A stretch of 64,000 nucleotides of DNA from an uncultured Candidatus Saccharibacteria bacterium (GTDB lineage: Bacteria; Patescibacteriota; Dojkabacteria; SC72; JAFGCJ01), in the NCBI GenBank assembly GCA_964481345.1, contig CAYZTC010000003.1, positions 6,653 to 70,652 on the forward strand. Reading direction: 5' to 3'. The notes under the pieces are model-generated. The model was not told the origin of the DNA and searched no databases. It was given only the letters and a program-made list of their open reading frames with translations. This document shows, in pieces, positions 9,063-18,569 of this stretch; the first letter of the stretch is position 1; each line of letters opens with the position of its first letter. The position numbers were made by a program, and so were the translations under genes.

Positions 9063-10811
9063 TTATTTAGATTTAACGTCTTTTATCTTTCCCTTTTCGA
9101 TATAAATAATTTTATCAAAAAGATTAGCATTCTGTTCGTCTTGAGTAATAAAGATTAGCGTTTGTTTTGGTCGGTGTTCAATAAGATTTTTCAGAATCCC
9201 CTTTCTAGAAAAACCATCTATTTGTGTTAGGCTTTCATCAAGTATTAGTATATGCCTATCTCTGTATACTGCTCTTGATATTGCAATTCTTTGCCAGTGA
9301 CCAGAAGAGACCTGAATACCTTGACCTATTTGTTTCCCTAGTATTTGCTGCTCATCAATATCATTTTCATTCATCCATTTATCAATTCCAGTAATTTCTA
9401 TTGCTTCCTCAAATTTCCTTCTTCTAAATTCTCTTTCTGGTTCTGAAAGAGTGATATTTTTTCTTACACTAAAGTCATACTTGATGTAATCTTCAAAAAC
9501 TACAGCGACCTTATCTTTTAACTGTCCTCTATCAAGATTTCTTATTGAAATATCATCGATCAGGATGTCCCCTGGTCCAATCTTGTATAATCCACAGATA
9601 AGTTTTGCAATTGTGCTTTTTCCAGAGTTATCCTCCCCAACTATTGCAACTTTTTCTCCTGGTTCTATATTGAAAGAGACATTTTCTAGTGCGGAACTTT
9701 TACTTTCTGGGTACGAAAAATCTACATTGATAAACTCAACAGAAGGAACTTTAAGGGGATCTAGCTTTTGTGTGCCAGCAGTAATATCTCCAAATCCCTT
9801 GTATTCAAGAAGATTAAAGTAATCTTCGATATAGTAACTGTTATCCTTAATTAGGAATGCACGCCAGATTACTTTCCATGATGCAGTATAAAGGTTGTCA
9901 AGGTAATCGAAGAGGTATTTGAACTGACCTATTGTGTACCTTCTTACAATGGAGATCGGAACAAGTGATATCTGTACAATCCTAAGTAGCAAGTCATCAA
10001 CAAAGCTAAGGACAGCTGCGAGCTTGTCCCCTTCCAGTCTGATATTGTTTTGAGCCTTGTCATATGCTGAACTTGTATCATTGTATGATTCGAGAAAAAA
10101 CTTAAAGACATTATCTACTCTTAGCTCTGGAAAATTGTTTAGTATTAGAGATTGTTGATATATGTAGTCGAGAAATTGTTTTCTTGTAGCATTCTTATCT
10201 CTAAATTCCTTTAATCTTCTATTTGATTTGTATCTGGAGATGGCTTCTGGAAGCACAAAAAGTACAACTATAAGTGCCCACGGGGAAATCTGATTCAATA
10301 TTATCCAGCCAGCACTGATTAGGACTAAGGTATTGTTAACAAGTTCTGTTACTTGAAGAAAGGTCTGCCATACAGCGTTTATTGAGTATGCCGGTACTGT
10401 TGTTGTAAGTTGCTGAACCTCGCTTTTTTCCACATCCTCCAAGTTAAGGGTTGATATCTTTCGCATCATATCCTCATATGATTCTGTCCAAAAGAGATCA
10501 TAGAGTGATAATTCTGCAAAACTAATGACCTTTTCTGAAACAGTAACTACAGCTCTAATTAGGATTAAGATAAAAAAGTACTTTGCTAATCCAGATTCCC
10601 AGAATACTGAAGATGAAAAAGTATCATAGTTAGTTAATATGTTACCGATACTATCTAGGAGTTGACCAAGTACAAATACCATGTACAGGTTTAATAGTGC
10701 ACCGATGTTCTTCGTTACGAAATATGGAATTCCGATTTTTAGATTAACGGAAATGACAGTTTTAAATGCTTTTATTGCAGATTTTACTGTATCTGGGGCA
10801 TTTTTCTTCAT
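9063..10811 (-). CDS. ABC transporter, fused permease/ATP-binding protein (exporter type)
   Basis: N-terminal multi-TM domain. C-terminal NBD with Walker A GEDNSGKST, a degenerate signature VSSGHWQRIAISRA and Walker B ILILDES. Confidence 0.75.
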   Translation of the reverse strand: MKKNAPDTVKSAIKAFKTVISVNLKIGIPYFVTKNIGALLNLYMVFVLGQLLDSIGNILTNYDTFSSSVFWESGLAKYFFILILIRAVVTVSEKVISFAELSLYDLFWTESYEDMMRKISTLNLEDVEKSEVQQLTTTVPAYSINAVWQTFLQVTELVNNTLVLISAGWIILNQISPWALIVVLFVLPEAISRYKSNRRLKEFRDKNATRKQFLDYIYQQSLILNNFPELRVDNVFKFFLESYNDTSSAYDKAQNNIRLEGDKLAAVLSFVDDLLLRIVQISLVPISIVRRYTIGQFKYLFDYLDNLYTASWKVIWRAFLIKDNSYYIEDYFNLLEYKGFGDITAGTQKLDPLKVPSVEFINVDFSYPESKSSALENVSFNIEPGEKVAIVGEDNSGKSTIAKLICGLYKIGPGDILIDDISIRNLDRGQLKDKVAVVFEDYIKYDFSVRKNITLSEPEREFRRRKFEEAIEITGIDKWMNENDIDEQQILGKQIGQGIQVSSGHWQRIAISRAVYRDRHILILDESLTQIDGFSRKGILKNLIEHRPKQTLIFITQDEQNANLFDKIIYIEKGKIKDVKSK

Positions 10812-10851
10812 GTTTTTTTATTATACCTTATCAATCGTTATTTTACTTTTG

Positions 10852-11766
10852 CTACTTTTGTTTTAAGTAGGTAAATACATTTCTTGCCGCTATTGCTCCC
10901 TCTGCTGAGGCAGTGATTATTTGGTTGAAGTTGTCGGAGTTTGTAGTAATATCTCCAGCTGCCCAGATCCCATCAATCTTTGTTTTTTGGCGTGGTCCCA
11001 CCACGATATGTCCAGTTTCGTCGAGTTTAAGTCTTAATTTTGTGGAAAGTGCAGTAACAGGTTCTGATCCTATCTCTATAAACAATCCGTCAAGTTTTAG
11101 CTCATCTAATCCATGGAATTCTTTATCCAGAATAACGGATTTTACTTTATCTTTCCCTTTTATTTCTTTGATATTTGTATTGAAAATTACCGTTATTTTC
11201 TTATCTTTCATTACCTGATCAGCCCATACCTGCTCTCCTCTGAGTTTTGCTTTTCTATATATCTGATATACATGTTTGGTAAGATCAGAAAGATAAAGGG
11301 ATGATGTATTTGCCGCATCACTTCCGCCCACTACTCCTACGGTCTTATCTTTAAATAGTGGTGCATCGCATGTTGTGCAGTATGCTACTCCTTTACCAAG
11401 AAGCTCATTTTCTCCTGGTACACTAAGTTTTTTTCTTTTTGCTCCAATGGCTAAGATTATTGTCTTAGCACTTATCTCCTTTTCGTTTTCAGTTTTGATG
11501 ATGAAATGTCCTGCTTTTCCATTTATCAATTCAACTTTTTCAAATATTTCCTTTACTCTGTAATGTAAAGCATGATCTCTTATTTTACTCATAAGGTCGC
11601 TTCCAGTGATTGATATGTAAGACGGATAGTTTTCTATATGTGTTGCCTCTACTGTCTGGCCTCCAAAATTCTGACCGATGATGATATTTGAAAGTTTGTA
11701 TCTTGAGGCATATATTGATGCTGTATATCCAGCAGGACCCGCACCAATGATAGCTACATCATACAT
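10852..11766 (-). CDS. trxB: thioredoxin-disulfide reductase
   Basis: FAD motif YDVAIIGAGPAGYTASIYASR, redox-active CTTCDAPLF (CxxC), a second NAD(P)-binding GxGxxA motif, and a length of 304 aa. Confidence 0.85.
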   Translation of the reverse strand: MYDVAIIGAGPAGYTASIYASRYKLSNIIIGQNFGGQTVEATHIENYPSYISITGSDLMSKIRDHALHYRVKEIFEKVELINGKAGHFIIKTENEKEISAKTIILAIGAKRKKLSVPGENELLGKGVAYCTTCDAPLFKDKTVGVVGGSDAANTSSLYLSDLTKHVYQIYRKAKLRGEQVWADQVMKDKKITVIFNTNIKEIKGKDKVKSVILDKEFHGLDELKLDGLFIEIGSEPVTALSTKLRLKLDETGHIVVGPRQKTKIDGIWAAGDITTNSDNFNQIITASAEGAIAARNVFTYLKQK

Positions 11767-11872
11767 ATTTTGATACTAATCAAGTTAACAATAATTATTA
11801 TACATGATAACACTTTGAATATTAGTTCAAGTTAAAGTATCATATTAGTAATAAAGTTTTAGGAATATTGTT

Positions 11873-12271
11873 ATGGTTACAGATCCGATTCCAAAGACCG
11901 ATTACGATGAGCGACAAAAGAAACAACTTAAGCTCGGTATAAAGAGAGCTTCAAAGGTTTTTAACTTGAGTTCGGATGGTGAGGTGGTAAAAAGGTTAGG
12001 TAAGAAACTGGGAGATGAAGAGATTGCTTATTTTTTGAGGAGGGAAGTTCTTACTGGAATTGTTCATATTTTAAAGCTTCGAGTTTCTGAAAAGCCTACT
12101 TCTGAGGAAGATGCAAAGAGCAAGCTGCAGGAAATAATAGGTGAAACTGATCCTGATTTTACTAAGCTTGTTGAGAGTGGTGAAGTTAGAGTTGAGCCAG
12201 AAAAGCATAATGGTGAGCCAGTTATACAGATTAGCAGAATTCTTCGTGCCGAGGATGACGATGTAAGTTAA
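11873..12271 (+). CDS. hypothetical protein
   Basis: 132 aa, charged, no recognisable domain. Codon usage consistent with its neighbours. Confidence 0.35.
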   Translation: MVTDPIPKTDYDERQKKQLKLGIKRASKVFNLSSDGEVVKRLGKKLGDEEIAYFLRREVLTGIVHILKLRVSEKPTSEEDAKSKLQEIIGETDPDFTKLVESGEVRVEPEKHNGEPVIQISRILRAEDDDVS

Positions 12272-12309
12272 ATGACTTATTATGAGCAATAAATTGATGT
12301 ATTAATAAA

Positions 12310-12561
12310 ATGTTAGCTATGATTCTAGAAAATATTTTTTTAATTGCAATTATTGTCTTAGCAATAGTTGTGGTTTGGAAAATTAGCAAGACTGTAATTC
12401 ATATGGTAATTGGGTTTATTTTGCTCGTAGGGATAGGTTTAGGGGTATGGTACGTATATAGACTTGGGTTTCCTGAAATTGCGCGGGATTCTGGGTATTT
12501 GGTGGTTTTTATTAATGGGTTTAAAGTGTTGCTTGAGAGAATTAAGGAAGCAGTGCTATAA
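12310..12561 (+). CDS. small hypothetical membrane protein
   Basis: 83 aa with two predicted TM helices. Confidence 0.3.
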   Translation: MLAMILENIFLIAIIVLAIVVVWKISKTVIHMVIGFILLVGIGLGVWYVYRLGFPEIARDSGYLVVFINGFKVLLERIKEAVL

Positions 12562-12582
12562 ATAATTTTTTATATACTGTCC

Positions 12583-13317
12583 ATGAATAAGAAAATTCTT
12601 ATTGCGATTTTTTCTGTTGGTGCTATTTTGGTTTTATCAGGAATTGGATATGGGGGGTACTATGTGTACAAAAATTACTATTTATCTGATGTTGATGAGG
12701 ATGCAAGTTTAGAAGATGGAGATGATTTAGAGCTTGTTCCTTTGCAGGAAGACGATGAAGAAGAGGACTCGGATATTGGTAATGCTGTAGTTTATGAAAT
12801 TCCAGAATTATCACTGTCAACAAGCTATGATGACACGGTATGTTCTTGGGAAACTTTTGGGACAAGTGATGGATCTACAACTCCTGCAAATGTGAGTGAT
12901 TTGGTATATGAAGTTACTTGTTCTGTGAATACTATTGAAGGGACAGGAAAAATCATCATTAACCCTATCATGACTGGTGGTGGATATGGACTTTTTGCTA
13001 TCGATATGGTCGGAGGTCTTTATTATGAAGAGAATGATGCTATGTTGGATCAGGATAGCTATATTGATTCTGAGGCTCTTCAAATCTCAGATCAGGCATG
13101 GACGAAAAGGATATTTGAATATTCAGGCCCTATTGGGTATTTCAATGAGGTTTGGTATTACCCTGAGGATCCAGATTATTCCATGATGGAGGGATTTGAC
13201 TGGAATGGATTTAGTGTAATTATGGGTTATGAAATTAAGATCACCACATCCTACTCTGACGATGATGTAACTCAAATTCAGGGTGCACTGGATCAAGTGT
13301 TTGAAGGTTTGAATTGA
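12583..13317 (+). CDS. hypothetical membrane-anchored acidic protein
   Basis: N-terminal TM helix, then an Asp/Glu-rich stretch (DVDEDASLEDGDDLE...EDDEEEDSD). Same architecture as 6998-7567 and 46104-46739. Confidence 0.45.
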   Translation: MNKKILIAIFSVGAILVLSGIGYGGYYVYKNYYLSDVDEDASLEDGDDLELVPLQEDDEEEDSDIGNAVVYEIPELSLSTSYDDTVCSWETFGTSDGSTTPANVSDLVYEVTCSVNTIEGTGKIIINPIMTGGGYGLFAIDMVGGLYYEENDAMLDQDSYIDSEALQISDQAWTKRIFEYSGPIGYFNEVWYYPEDPDYSMMEGFDWNGFSVIMGYEIKITTSYSDDDVTQIQGALDQVFEGLN

Positions 13318-13388
13318 TGATTTTTAGTTGACATCGCTATTCCAAGACAATATAGTCTTTTGAGTTAAGTTGTGATTTACGACGAAAT

Positions 13389-13655
13389 ATGAAGGTACTT
13401 ACTTTTGGAGCAGTATGGTGTCCAGATTGTCTCATAATGAGGCCAATTTGGGAGGAAATAGCAAAGGAAAATTCCTGGGTGAAAAGAGAATATTACGATG
13501 TGGATAAGAATCCTGATATGGCAAAGAAATATGAGGCTGTGGAAATTCCAATTTTTGTGTTTGTGGATAAAGAGGGAAATGAAATTGAAAGAATGCAGGG
13601 GGAATTTCCGAAGGAAGTACTCCTAGAGAAATTAAACGAGCTGAAAGATAGGTAA
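13389..13655 (+). CDS. thioredoxin-family protein
   Basis: 88 aa. Active-site-like VWCPDC (WCxxC) and a thioredoxin-fold length. The stop overlaps the next start (TAATG). Confidence 0.7.
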   Translation: MKVLTFGAVWCPDCLIMRPIWEEIAKENSWVKREYYDVDKNPDMAKKYEAVEIPIFVFVDKEGNEIERMQGEFPKEVLLEKLNELKDR

Positions 13656-14893
13656 TGAAAATTTTCCGAAGACTGTTATTAATAGCTATTTCACTTTTTG
13701 TTTTAATAACGCCTAATTTAGTCTTTGCTGGAGATAATAAGAACCCCGTTAACATTTATCTTTTTCATAGTCATTATTGTCCTCATTGTGGTGCAGAAAG
13801 AGAGTTTCTGAGTGAATATGAGAAAGAAAACGAAAATATTGAGGTCTATCAGTATGAGGTTAGGGATAAAGATAATTCAAGGTTGTTGCAAGAAGTGGCG
13901 GAGGAGCTTGATGTGAGTGCTCAATATATACCACTAACTGTGATTTGTGGGGAAACTATCATTGGATTTAATGAAAATGGTAGTACTGAGCAGAGAATTA
14001 AATCTCTTGTGGATGAATGTTTTGAAACTGGGTGTGAAGATCCTGTGAGGGAGATTCTTCTTAATAAGCCGGATGATGAAGGAAGGCAGTGTTCTGACTC
14101 TAGTGAAAATCTAGAAGATACTGAGAATTCTGTAACTCAAATATCAGATGAAGAAATGGATATTCCCATCCTTGGAAAAGTAAATCTAAGTGATTATTCG
14201 TTACCAATGATTACAGTTCTTCTTGGGTTCTTAGATGGATTTAACCCATGCGCAATGTGGGTGCTGTTATACCTGATCAGTATGCTTCTTGGAATGCAGG
14301 ATAGAAAAAAGATGTGGTTTGTTGGAATTACTTTCGTTGTGTCTTCTGCAGTAGTTTATTTTTTGTTTATGACCTCTTGGTTAAATTTCTTTCTATTTAT
14401 TGGATTTGTAAAATGGGTACGAGTATTAATAGGTAGTGTAGCAATAGCCAGTGGTGCAATACATTTGAAAGATTATTGGGATACCAGACCTGGATGTAAG
14501 GTCACAGATGTAGAAAAAAGAAAGAAGATACAATATCGTATCAATCAAATAGTTTCTGATAAGTGCTTCTGGATGGTCATTGTGGGTATTGTAGCCATGG
14601 CTTTTTCTGTAAATCTAATAGAGCTTGTTTGCTCAGCAGGATTTCCAGCAATATATACACATATGCTGAGTCTTTCGGATTTATCGACGTTACAATATTA
14701 TTCGTATCTCCTACTTTATGTATTTGTGTTCATGATCGATGATCTTGCTATATTCTTTATCGCTATGATTACGCTTCATGCTACTGGGATAAGAACGAAA
14801 TATAAGAGGGTCTCAAGTCTTGTTGGTGGCATTTTAATTCTTTTAATTGGAATTCTTCTTATATTTAAGCCGGAAGTATTGATGTTTTCATAG
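13655..14893 (+). CDS. thioredoxin-fold domain fused to a CcdA/DsbD-like thiol-disulfide transporter membrane domain
   Basis: N-terminal signal/TM, then a CxxC redox motif (HSHYCPHCG). The C-terminal 6-8 TM region has Cys in TM helices (GFNPCAMWVL and ELVCSAGFP), resembling the two conserved Cys of the CcdA/DsbD core. Confidence 0.55.
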   Translation: MKIFRRLLLIAISLFVLITPNLVFAGDNKNPVNIYLFHSHYCPHCGAEREFLSEYEKENENIEVYQYEVRDKDNSRLLQEVAEELDVSAQYIPLTVICGETIIGFNENGSTEQRIKSLVDECFETGCEDPVREILLNKPDDEGRQCSDSSENLEDTENSVTQISDEEMDIPILGKVNLSDYSLPMITVLLGFLDGFNPCAMWVLLYLISMLLGMQDRKKMWFVGITFVVSSAVVYFLFMTSWLNFFLFIGFVKWVRVLIGSVAIASGAIHLKDYWDTRPGCKVTDVEKRKKIQYRINQIVSDKCFWMVIVGIVAMAFSVNLIELVCSAGFPAIYTHMLSLSDLSTLQYYSYLLLYVFVFMIDDLAIFFIAMITLHATGIRTKYKRVSSLVGGILILLIGILLIFKPEVLMFS

Positions 14894-14906
14894 GTGTTTT
14901 TGAGGC

Positions 14907-14934
14907 TTGACCTCTGGTTTTTTTATGGTATAAT
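14907..14934 (+). promoter_or_regulatory. sigma70-like promoter (TTGACC, 16 nt spacer, TGgTATAAT extended -10)
   Basis: TTGACC 14907-14912 and TATAAT 14929-14934 with TG at -15/-14. Lies 45 bp upstream of the 14978 start. Confidence 0.5.
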
Positions 14935-14977
14935 GAAACGGGTAATTACCCATAAGTAAATTTTAATCTATACTACA

Positions 14978-15202
14978 ATGCCAGTAAGAGATAGAACAGG
15001 ACCTTTAGGTCAGGGACCCAGAACAGGAAGAGGACTTGGTCGTGCCAGAGGAGCAGGACAAGGACCAAGAGGTCTAGGTGGATCTGAAGTATGTGAGTGT
15101 CCAAAATGTGGGCACGAGGAGCCTCATAAAAGGGGTATTCCTTGCACTGAGGTCAAGTGTCCAAAGTGTGGAACACCTTTAAGAGGTAAGTTCTGCAAGT
15201 AA
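14978..15202 (+). CDS. Gly/Arg-rich DUF5320-like N-terminus fused to a double CxxC zinc-ribbon
   Basis: The N-terminus MPVRDRTGPLGQGPRTGRGLGRARG resembles DUF5320 (MPRGDGTGPMGMGPMTGRG...). It is followed by CECPKCGH...KCPKCG. GC-rich relative to flanking DNA. Confidence 0.5.
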   Translation: MPVRDRTGPLGQGPRTGRGLGRARGAGQGPRGLGGSEVCECPKCGHEEPHKRGIPCTEVKCPKCGTPLRGKFCK

Positions 15203-15211
15203 AACGGAATA

Positions 15212-15256
15212 GGCCAGCTAACTTATAGCGCGAAACGTACTATAAGTTAGCTGGCC
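15212..15256 (+). terminator. 17 bp perfect inverted repeat (GGCCAGCTAACTTATAG ... CTATAAGTTAGCTGGCC) with an 11 nt loop, followed by a T-rich tract
   Basis: Read directly from the sequence. Lies between the DUF5320-like gene and the DUF134 gene. Either an intrinsic terminator/attenuator or a protein-binding palindrome. Confidence 0.5.
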
Positions 15257-15287
15257 GTATCCTTTAAATTTTGTTTGCTTAACTATC

Positions 15288-15557
15288 ATGAGAAGACGAT
15301 TTAGAAGAAGAATTGTTGGAAGGATAAATGACAGGTATTTTAAGCCTGCTGGTATACCATTGAGAAGCTTAGACGAAGTTGTAATTACTAAAGAGGATAT
15401 TGAGACTTTAAGGTTAAGGTATATCGAGAAAAAGGATCAAAATGATGCTGCAAAATCTATGGGGATATCTCAAAGTCAATATCAAAGGGATATTACTAAT
15501 ACTCTATCGAAAATAACCGATGCAATGGTAAATGGTAAAGCCATTCGAATTTCATAA
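15288..15557 (+). CDS. DUF134 (UPF0251) family predicted DNA-binding protein
   Basis: Strong match to the DUF134 pattern: RRRIVG...YFKPAGIPLRSLDEVVITKEDIETLRL...AAKSMGISQSQYQRDI...ITDAMVNGKAIRI. Confidence 0.75.
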   Translation: MRRRFRRRIVGRINDRYFKPAGIPLRSLDEVVITKEDIETLRLRYIEKKDQNDAAKSMGISQSQYQRDITNTLSKITDAMVNGKAIRIS

Positions 15558-15569
15558 GTATTATGTATT

Positions 15570-15944
15570 TTAGTGGGAGTTTCTGTAGTTTTCTATTGCT
15601 GCTTTAATAGAATCTGAAGCGAGGTTAGAGCAGTGCATTTTAATCGGGGGTAGACCATCAAGAGCTTCAGCAACAGCTTTGTTTGTAACTACTAGTGCTT
15701 CATCAAGGGTTTTCCCTTTAATTAACTCTGTTGCCATACTGCTTGTTGCAATTGCAGCACCGCATCCAAATGTCATAAACTTTACATCTGTTATTTTATT
15801 ATTCTTTACTTTAATGTACATTTTCATTACATCTCCACATATCGGACTACCGACTTCACCTACTCCATCAGCATCCTTGATTTCACCCATATTTCTAGGG
15901 TTGTAAAAATGGTCTAGAACTTTTTTACTATATTTACCTTCCAT
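15570..15944 (-). CDS. iscU: Fe-S cluster assembly scaffold protein (IscU/NifU N-terminal type)
   Basis: Three conserved Cys (CGDVM, GCGAAIA, HCS) and a length of 124 aa. Confidence 0.85.
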   Translation of the reverse strand: MEGKYSKKVLDHFYNPRNMGEIKDADGVGEVGSPICGDVMKMYIKVKNNKITDVKFMTFGCGAAIATSSMATELIKGKTLDEALVVTNKAVAEALDGLPPIKMHCSNLASDSIKAAIENYRNSH

Positions 15945-17121
15945 TATTTACTTTCTTTTTATATAAAGGCGACATTGATCGTAACTTCTTAATTATAGGA
16001 GGTAATACATTCGTAAGATAGTCCACATCTTCATTTGTGTTTTCAACTCCAAATGATAACCTAAGTGAGCCATGTGCTATTTCATGAGACAGCCCGATAG
16101 ATAGAAGTACATGAGATGGTTTTAGTGAACCTGATGTGCATGCGGATCCACTGGAAGCACAAATTCCCTTTTGGTCTAACATCAAGAGTATTGATTCTCC
16201 CTCAATAAATTCAAAAGAGAAATTTGCATTTCCTGGTAGTCTTTGTTCTCTATCGCCATTTAATCTTGAAAAAGGTATATTATTTAGTACTTCTTCTATT
16301 GTTCTATCTCTTAGATGGACTAATTTTTCCACATATTTATCGAGATCTTTGGTTGCTAGCTCTATTGCTTTTCCTAACCCTACTATTGCAGGAACATTCT
16401 CGGTACTCGCTCTTTTCCCTCTTTCCTGCTTTCCTCCATGTAGGAATGAATCTATTTTTACTCCATCTTTGATATATAAAACACCGATTCCTTTTGGTCC
16501 ATATATTTTATGCCCAGATAGTGAGAGTAAATCTACATTTAATTTCTCTACATCGACTGGTATATTTCCGACCGCTTGGACTGCGTCTGTGTGAAAGTAT
16601 ATCTTATGTTTTCGGGCAATTTTCCCAATCTCCTGAATTGGTTGGATTGTCCCAATTTCGTTGTTTGCAAACATGATAGAGATTAGAATTGTGTCCTTTT
16701 TTATAGATTTTTCCAGTTTCTTTATATCTACAATTCCATTTTTATCTACTGGAACATATGTAACTTCAAAACCTTCTTTTCCCAAAGTTTCGCAGGTATG
16801 TAATATTGCGTGATGTTCGATTTGACTTGTGATTATGTGTCTTCCCTTGTCTTTATTTGCATTAGCAATCCCCTTTAGTGCCCAATTATCAGCCTCTGTT
16901 CCAGAGCCTGTGAAAAATATTTCATTTGTGGTTGCACCAATTGATTTTGCTACCTTTTGTCTTGCTTCCTCTATAGCCGTTTTTGCTTCTGTTCCTATCG
17001 AGTAAATAGTAGAAGGATTTCCGTACTTCTGTGAAAAATATGGAAGCATAGCTTTAAGTACTTCAGGTTTAACTGGAGTAGTGGCTGCATTATCTAAATA
17101 TATTGCTCTATTGATACCCAT
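15934..17121 (-). CDS. cysteine desulfurase (NifS/IscS class V aminotransferase)
   Basis: N-terminal YLDNAATTP, a PLP-lysine region SLSGHKIYGPKGIG and an active-site-loop Cys (SSGSACTSGS). Confidence 0.85.
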   Translation of the reverse strand: MGINRAIYLDNAATTPVKPEVLKAMLPYFSQKYGNPSTIYSIGTEAKTAIEEARQKVAKSIGATTNEIFFTGSGTEADNWALKGIANANKDKGRHIITSQIEHHAILHTCETLGKEGFEVTYVPVDKNGIVDIKKLEKSIKKDTILISIMFANNEIGTIQPIQEIGKIARKHKIYFHTDAVQAVGNIPVDVEKLNVDLLSLSGHKIYGPKGIGVLYIKDGVKIDSFLHGGKQERGKRASTENVPAIVGLGKAIELATKDLDKYVEKLVHLRDRTIEEVLNNIPFSRLNGDREQRLPGNANFSFEFIEGESILLMLDQKGICASSGSACTSGSLKPSHVLLSIGLSHEIAHGSLRLSFGVENTNEDVDYLTNVLPPIIKKLRSMSPLYKKKVNNGR

Positions 17122-17187
17122 AAACAGTATATTAACAAGTTTATCAATGGTTTTCTATATAGGAGAAGCATGGAATTCAAAGATACT

Positions 17188-17697
17188 CTATCTTATACCT
17201 CGGCCTACAGTTTCATTCAGCCATTGTTTAATTAAGACATTTTCTTTTCTGCTTAGTTTTCCAGCTTTTAATGGTTTAGCAAGTATTGTCCGGTTAAGAA
17301 TCCCCTGTTGTTCGAGAGTCATGGCTCCTACAGATTGTCGAGTAAATTTGTAAAGAGTTCTTCTTACAGCATCTTTTTTTGCTTGGGTCCATTCGGACCC
17401 TCTTTCACAAAGAATCGCTAGTAGAAATCTAACTAGTTCAAAAGGAGATGTGGTATCAACATATTCGCTTAGTTTATGTCTGTCTTCCCATTCATTAACT
17501 TCTTTATCCATAAATTCTGTGAGGTTTAGGGAGTCTTTTTGTTCGTTTTCCTCGAACAAATTGTTAGATTCATTAATTTCTTGCCATCTTTTAGCTATCC
17601 ACAATTCAACCGGATTAGCGGGTTCTTCTTCAATATTTTGTTCAGAACCTAAAAGTTTCGCTTCAGGTGGTCTAAATCCTGTAATTCCTTCTTCCAT
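17188..17697 (-). CDS. hypothetical protein
   Basis: 169 aa, no recognisable domain. Confidence 0.35.
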   Translation of the reverse strand: MEEGITGFRPPEAKLLGSEQNIEEEPANPVELWIAKRWQEINESNNLFEENEQKDSLNLTEFMDKEVNEWEDRHKLSEYVDTTSPFELVRFLLAILCERGSEWTQAKKDAVRRTLYKFTRQSVGAMTLEQQGILNRTILAKPLKAGKLSRKENVLIKQWLNETVGRGIR

Positions 17698-17768
17698 ATC
17701 TGAATTGTACTATAAGTTACTCTTTAAAGTAAAATATAAACGCTAGTTGTTGTTTCTAGGAAAGGGTT

Positions 17769-18392
17769 TTAACTTAGAAACTTTGATCCTTTAATAAAAA
17801 ATCTCCATGGCTGGTTTATTGATTTTTTGGCCTCTTTCTCAGTTTTAGCTCTGTTAACCCCAAGGTTTATTCTTGGGCCTGTCCCAATTTTGATGTTTAT
17901 GCTGTTTGGTTTATATAACCGAACTTTTGAGTCAGGGTTACAAATGAATAGTTCATTATCTTTTGGAGTAAGACCAAGTGCCTGAGATAGCATTCCTGGA
18001 CCGCAGGAAATTCTATGGAGGTCGTTTCCAAAGTAGTTTCTCCTTTTTCTCATAACATCTATTCCTTTAAATGGTTGTATTGAACGAATGAATGAAACAT
18101 CTGCTTTCCCTTTTACTCCTGTTACTATTGAAGTTATGGTATACAGTCCCATTATTAAGTATTCATAGAGATATCCGCCTTTTTCGTATTGTATGGCTGT
18201 TCTTGGAGTCGATTTTCTGTCATATGCATGAGAGGTGGGATCTGAGGATGGATATGCTTCAGTTTCGGTGATTATTCCTGAAACCAAATTACTTTCTTTT
18301 TCTGATACGACAATACACCCAAGCAATTCAGGGGATACCTGTAGGGATGACTGCATAAAGAAATCCTGATTAAGTTGAGTTCCGTACTCCAT
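17769..18392 (-). CDS. mpg: DNA-3-methyladenine glycosylase (Mpg/AAG family)
   Basis: Family motifs GIITETEAY..DPTSHAY and LGLTP..D..L present. Confidence 0.75.
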   Translation of the reverse strand: MEYGTQLNQDFFMQSSLQVSPELLGCIVVSEKESNLVSGIITETEAYPSSDPTSHAYDRKSTPRTAIQYEKGGYLYEYLIMGLYTITSIVTGVKGKADVSFIRSIQPFKGIDVMRKRRNYFGNDLHRISCGPGMLSQALGLTPKDNELFICNPDSKVRLYKPNSINIKIGTGPRINLGVNRAKTEKEAKKSINQPWRFFIKGSKFLS

Positions 18393-18407
18393 AGATGGAG
18401 TATATCA

Positions 18408-18569
18408 TGAGGGGGACAGGCCCGGATTAGGACTGTCCCTCAAAAAGCCTTTCAAATCAGTTCGCAATTCCTTGTGATTATATGGGTATTTCAACTTTGG
18501 TTGTTTTAAAGGTGCTTTTTTTGGGAAATTTTGTGGATAACGGGGACAGACCCCGCCGGGGACAGGCCC
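18408..18569. promoter_or_regulatory. GC-rich hairpin/repeat cluster in the divergent mpg / nudix intergenic region
   Basis: GAGGGGGACAGgcccggattagGACTGTCCCTC forms an imperfect inverted repeat at 18408-18441. Tandem GGGGACAGACCCCG and GGGGACAGGCCC lie at 18542-18569. All share a GGACAG core. Confidence 0.35.
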
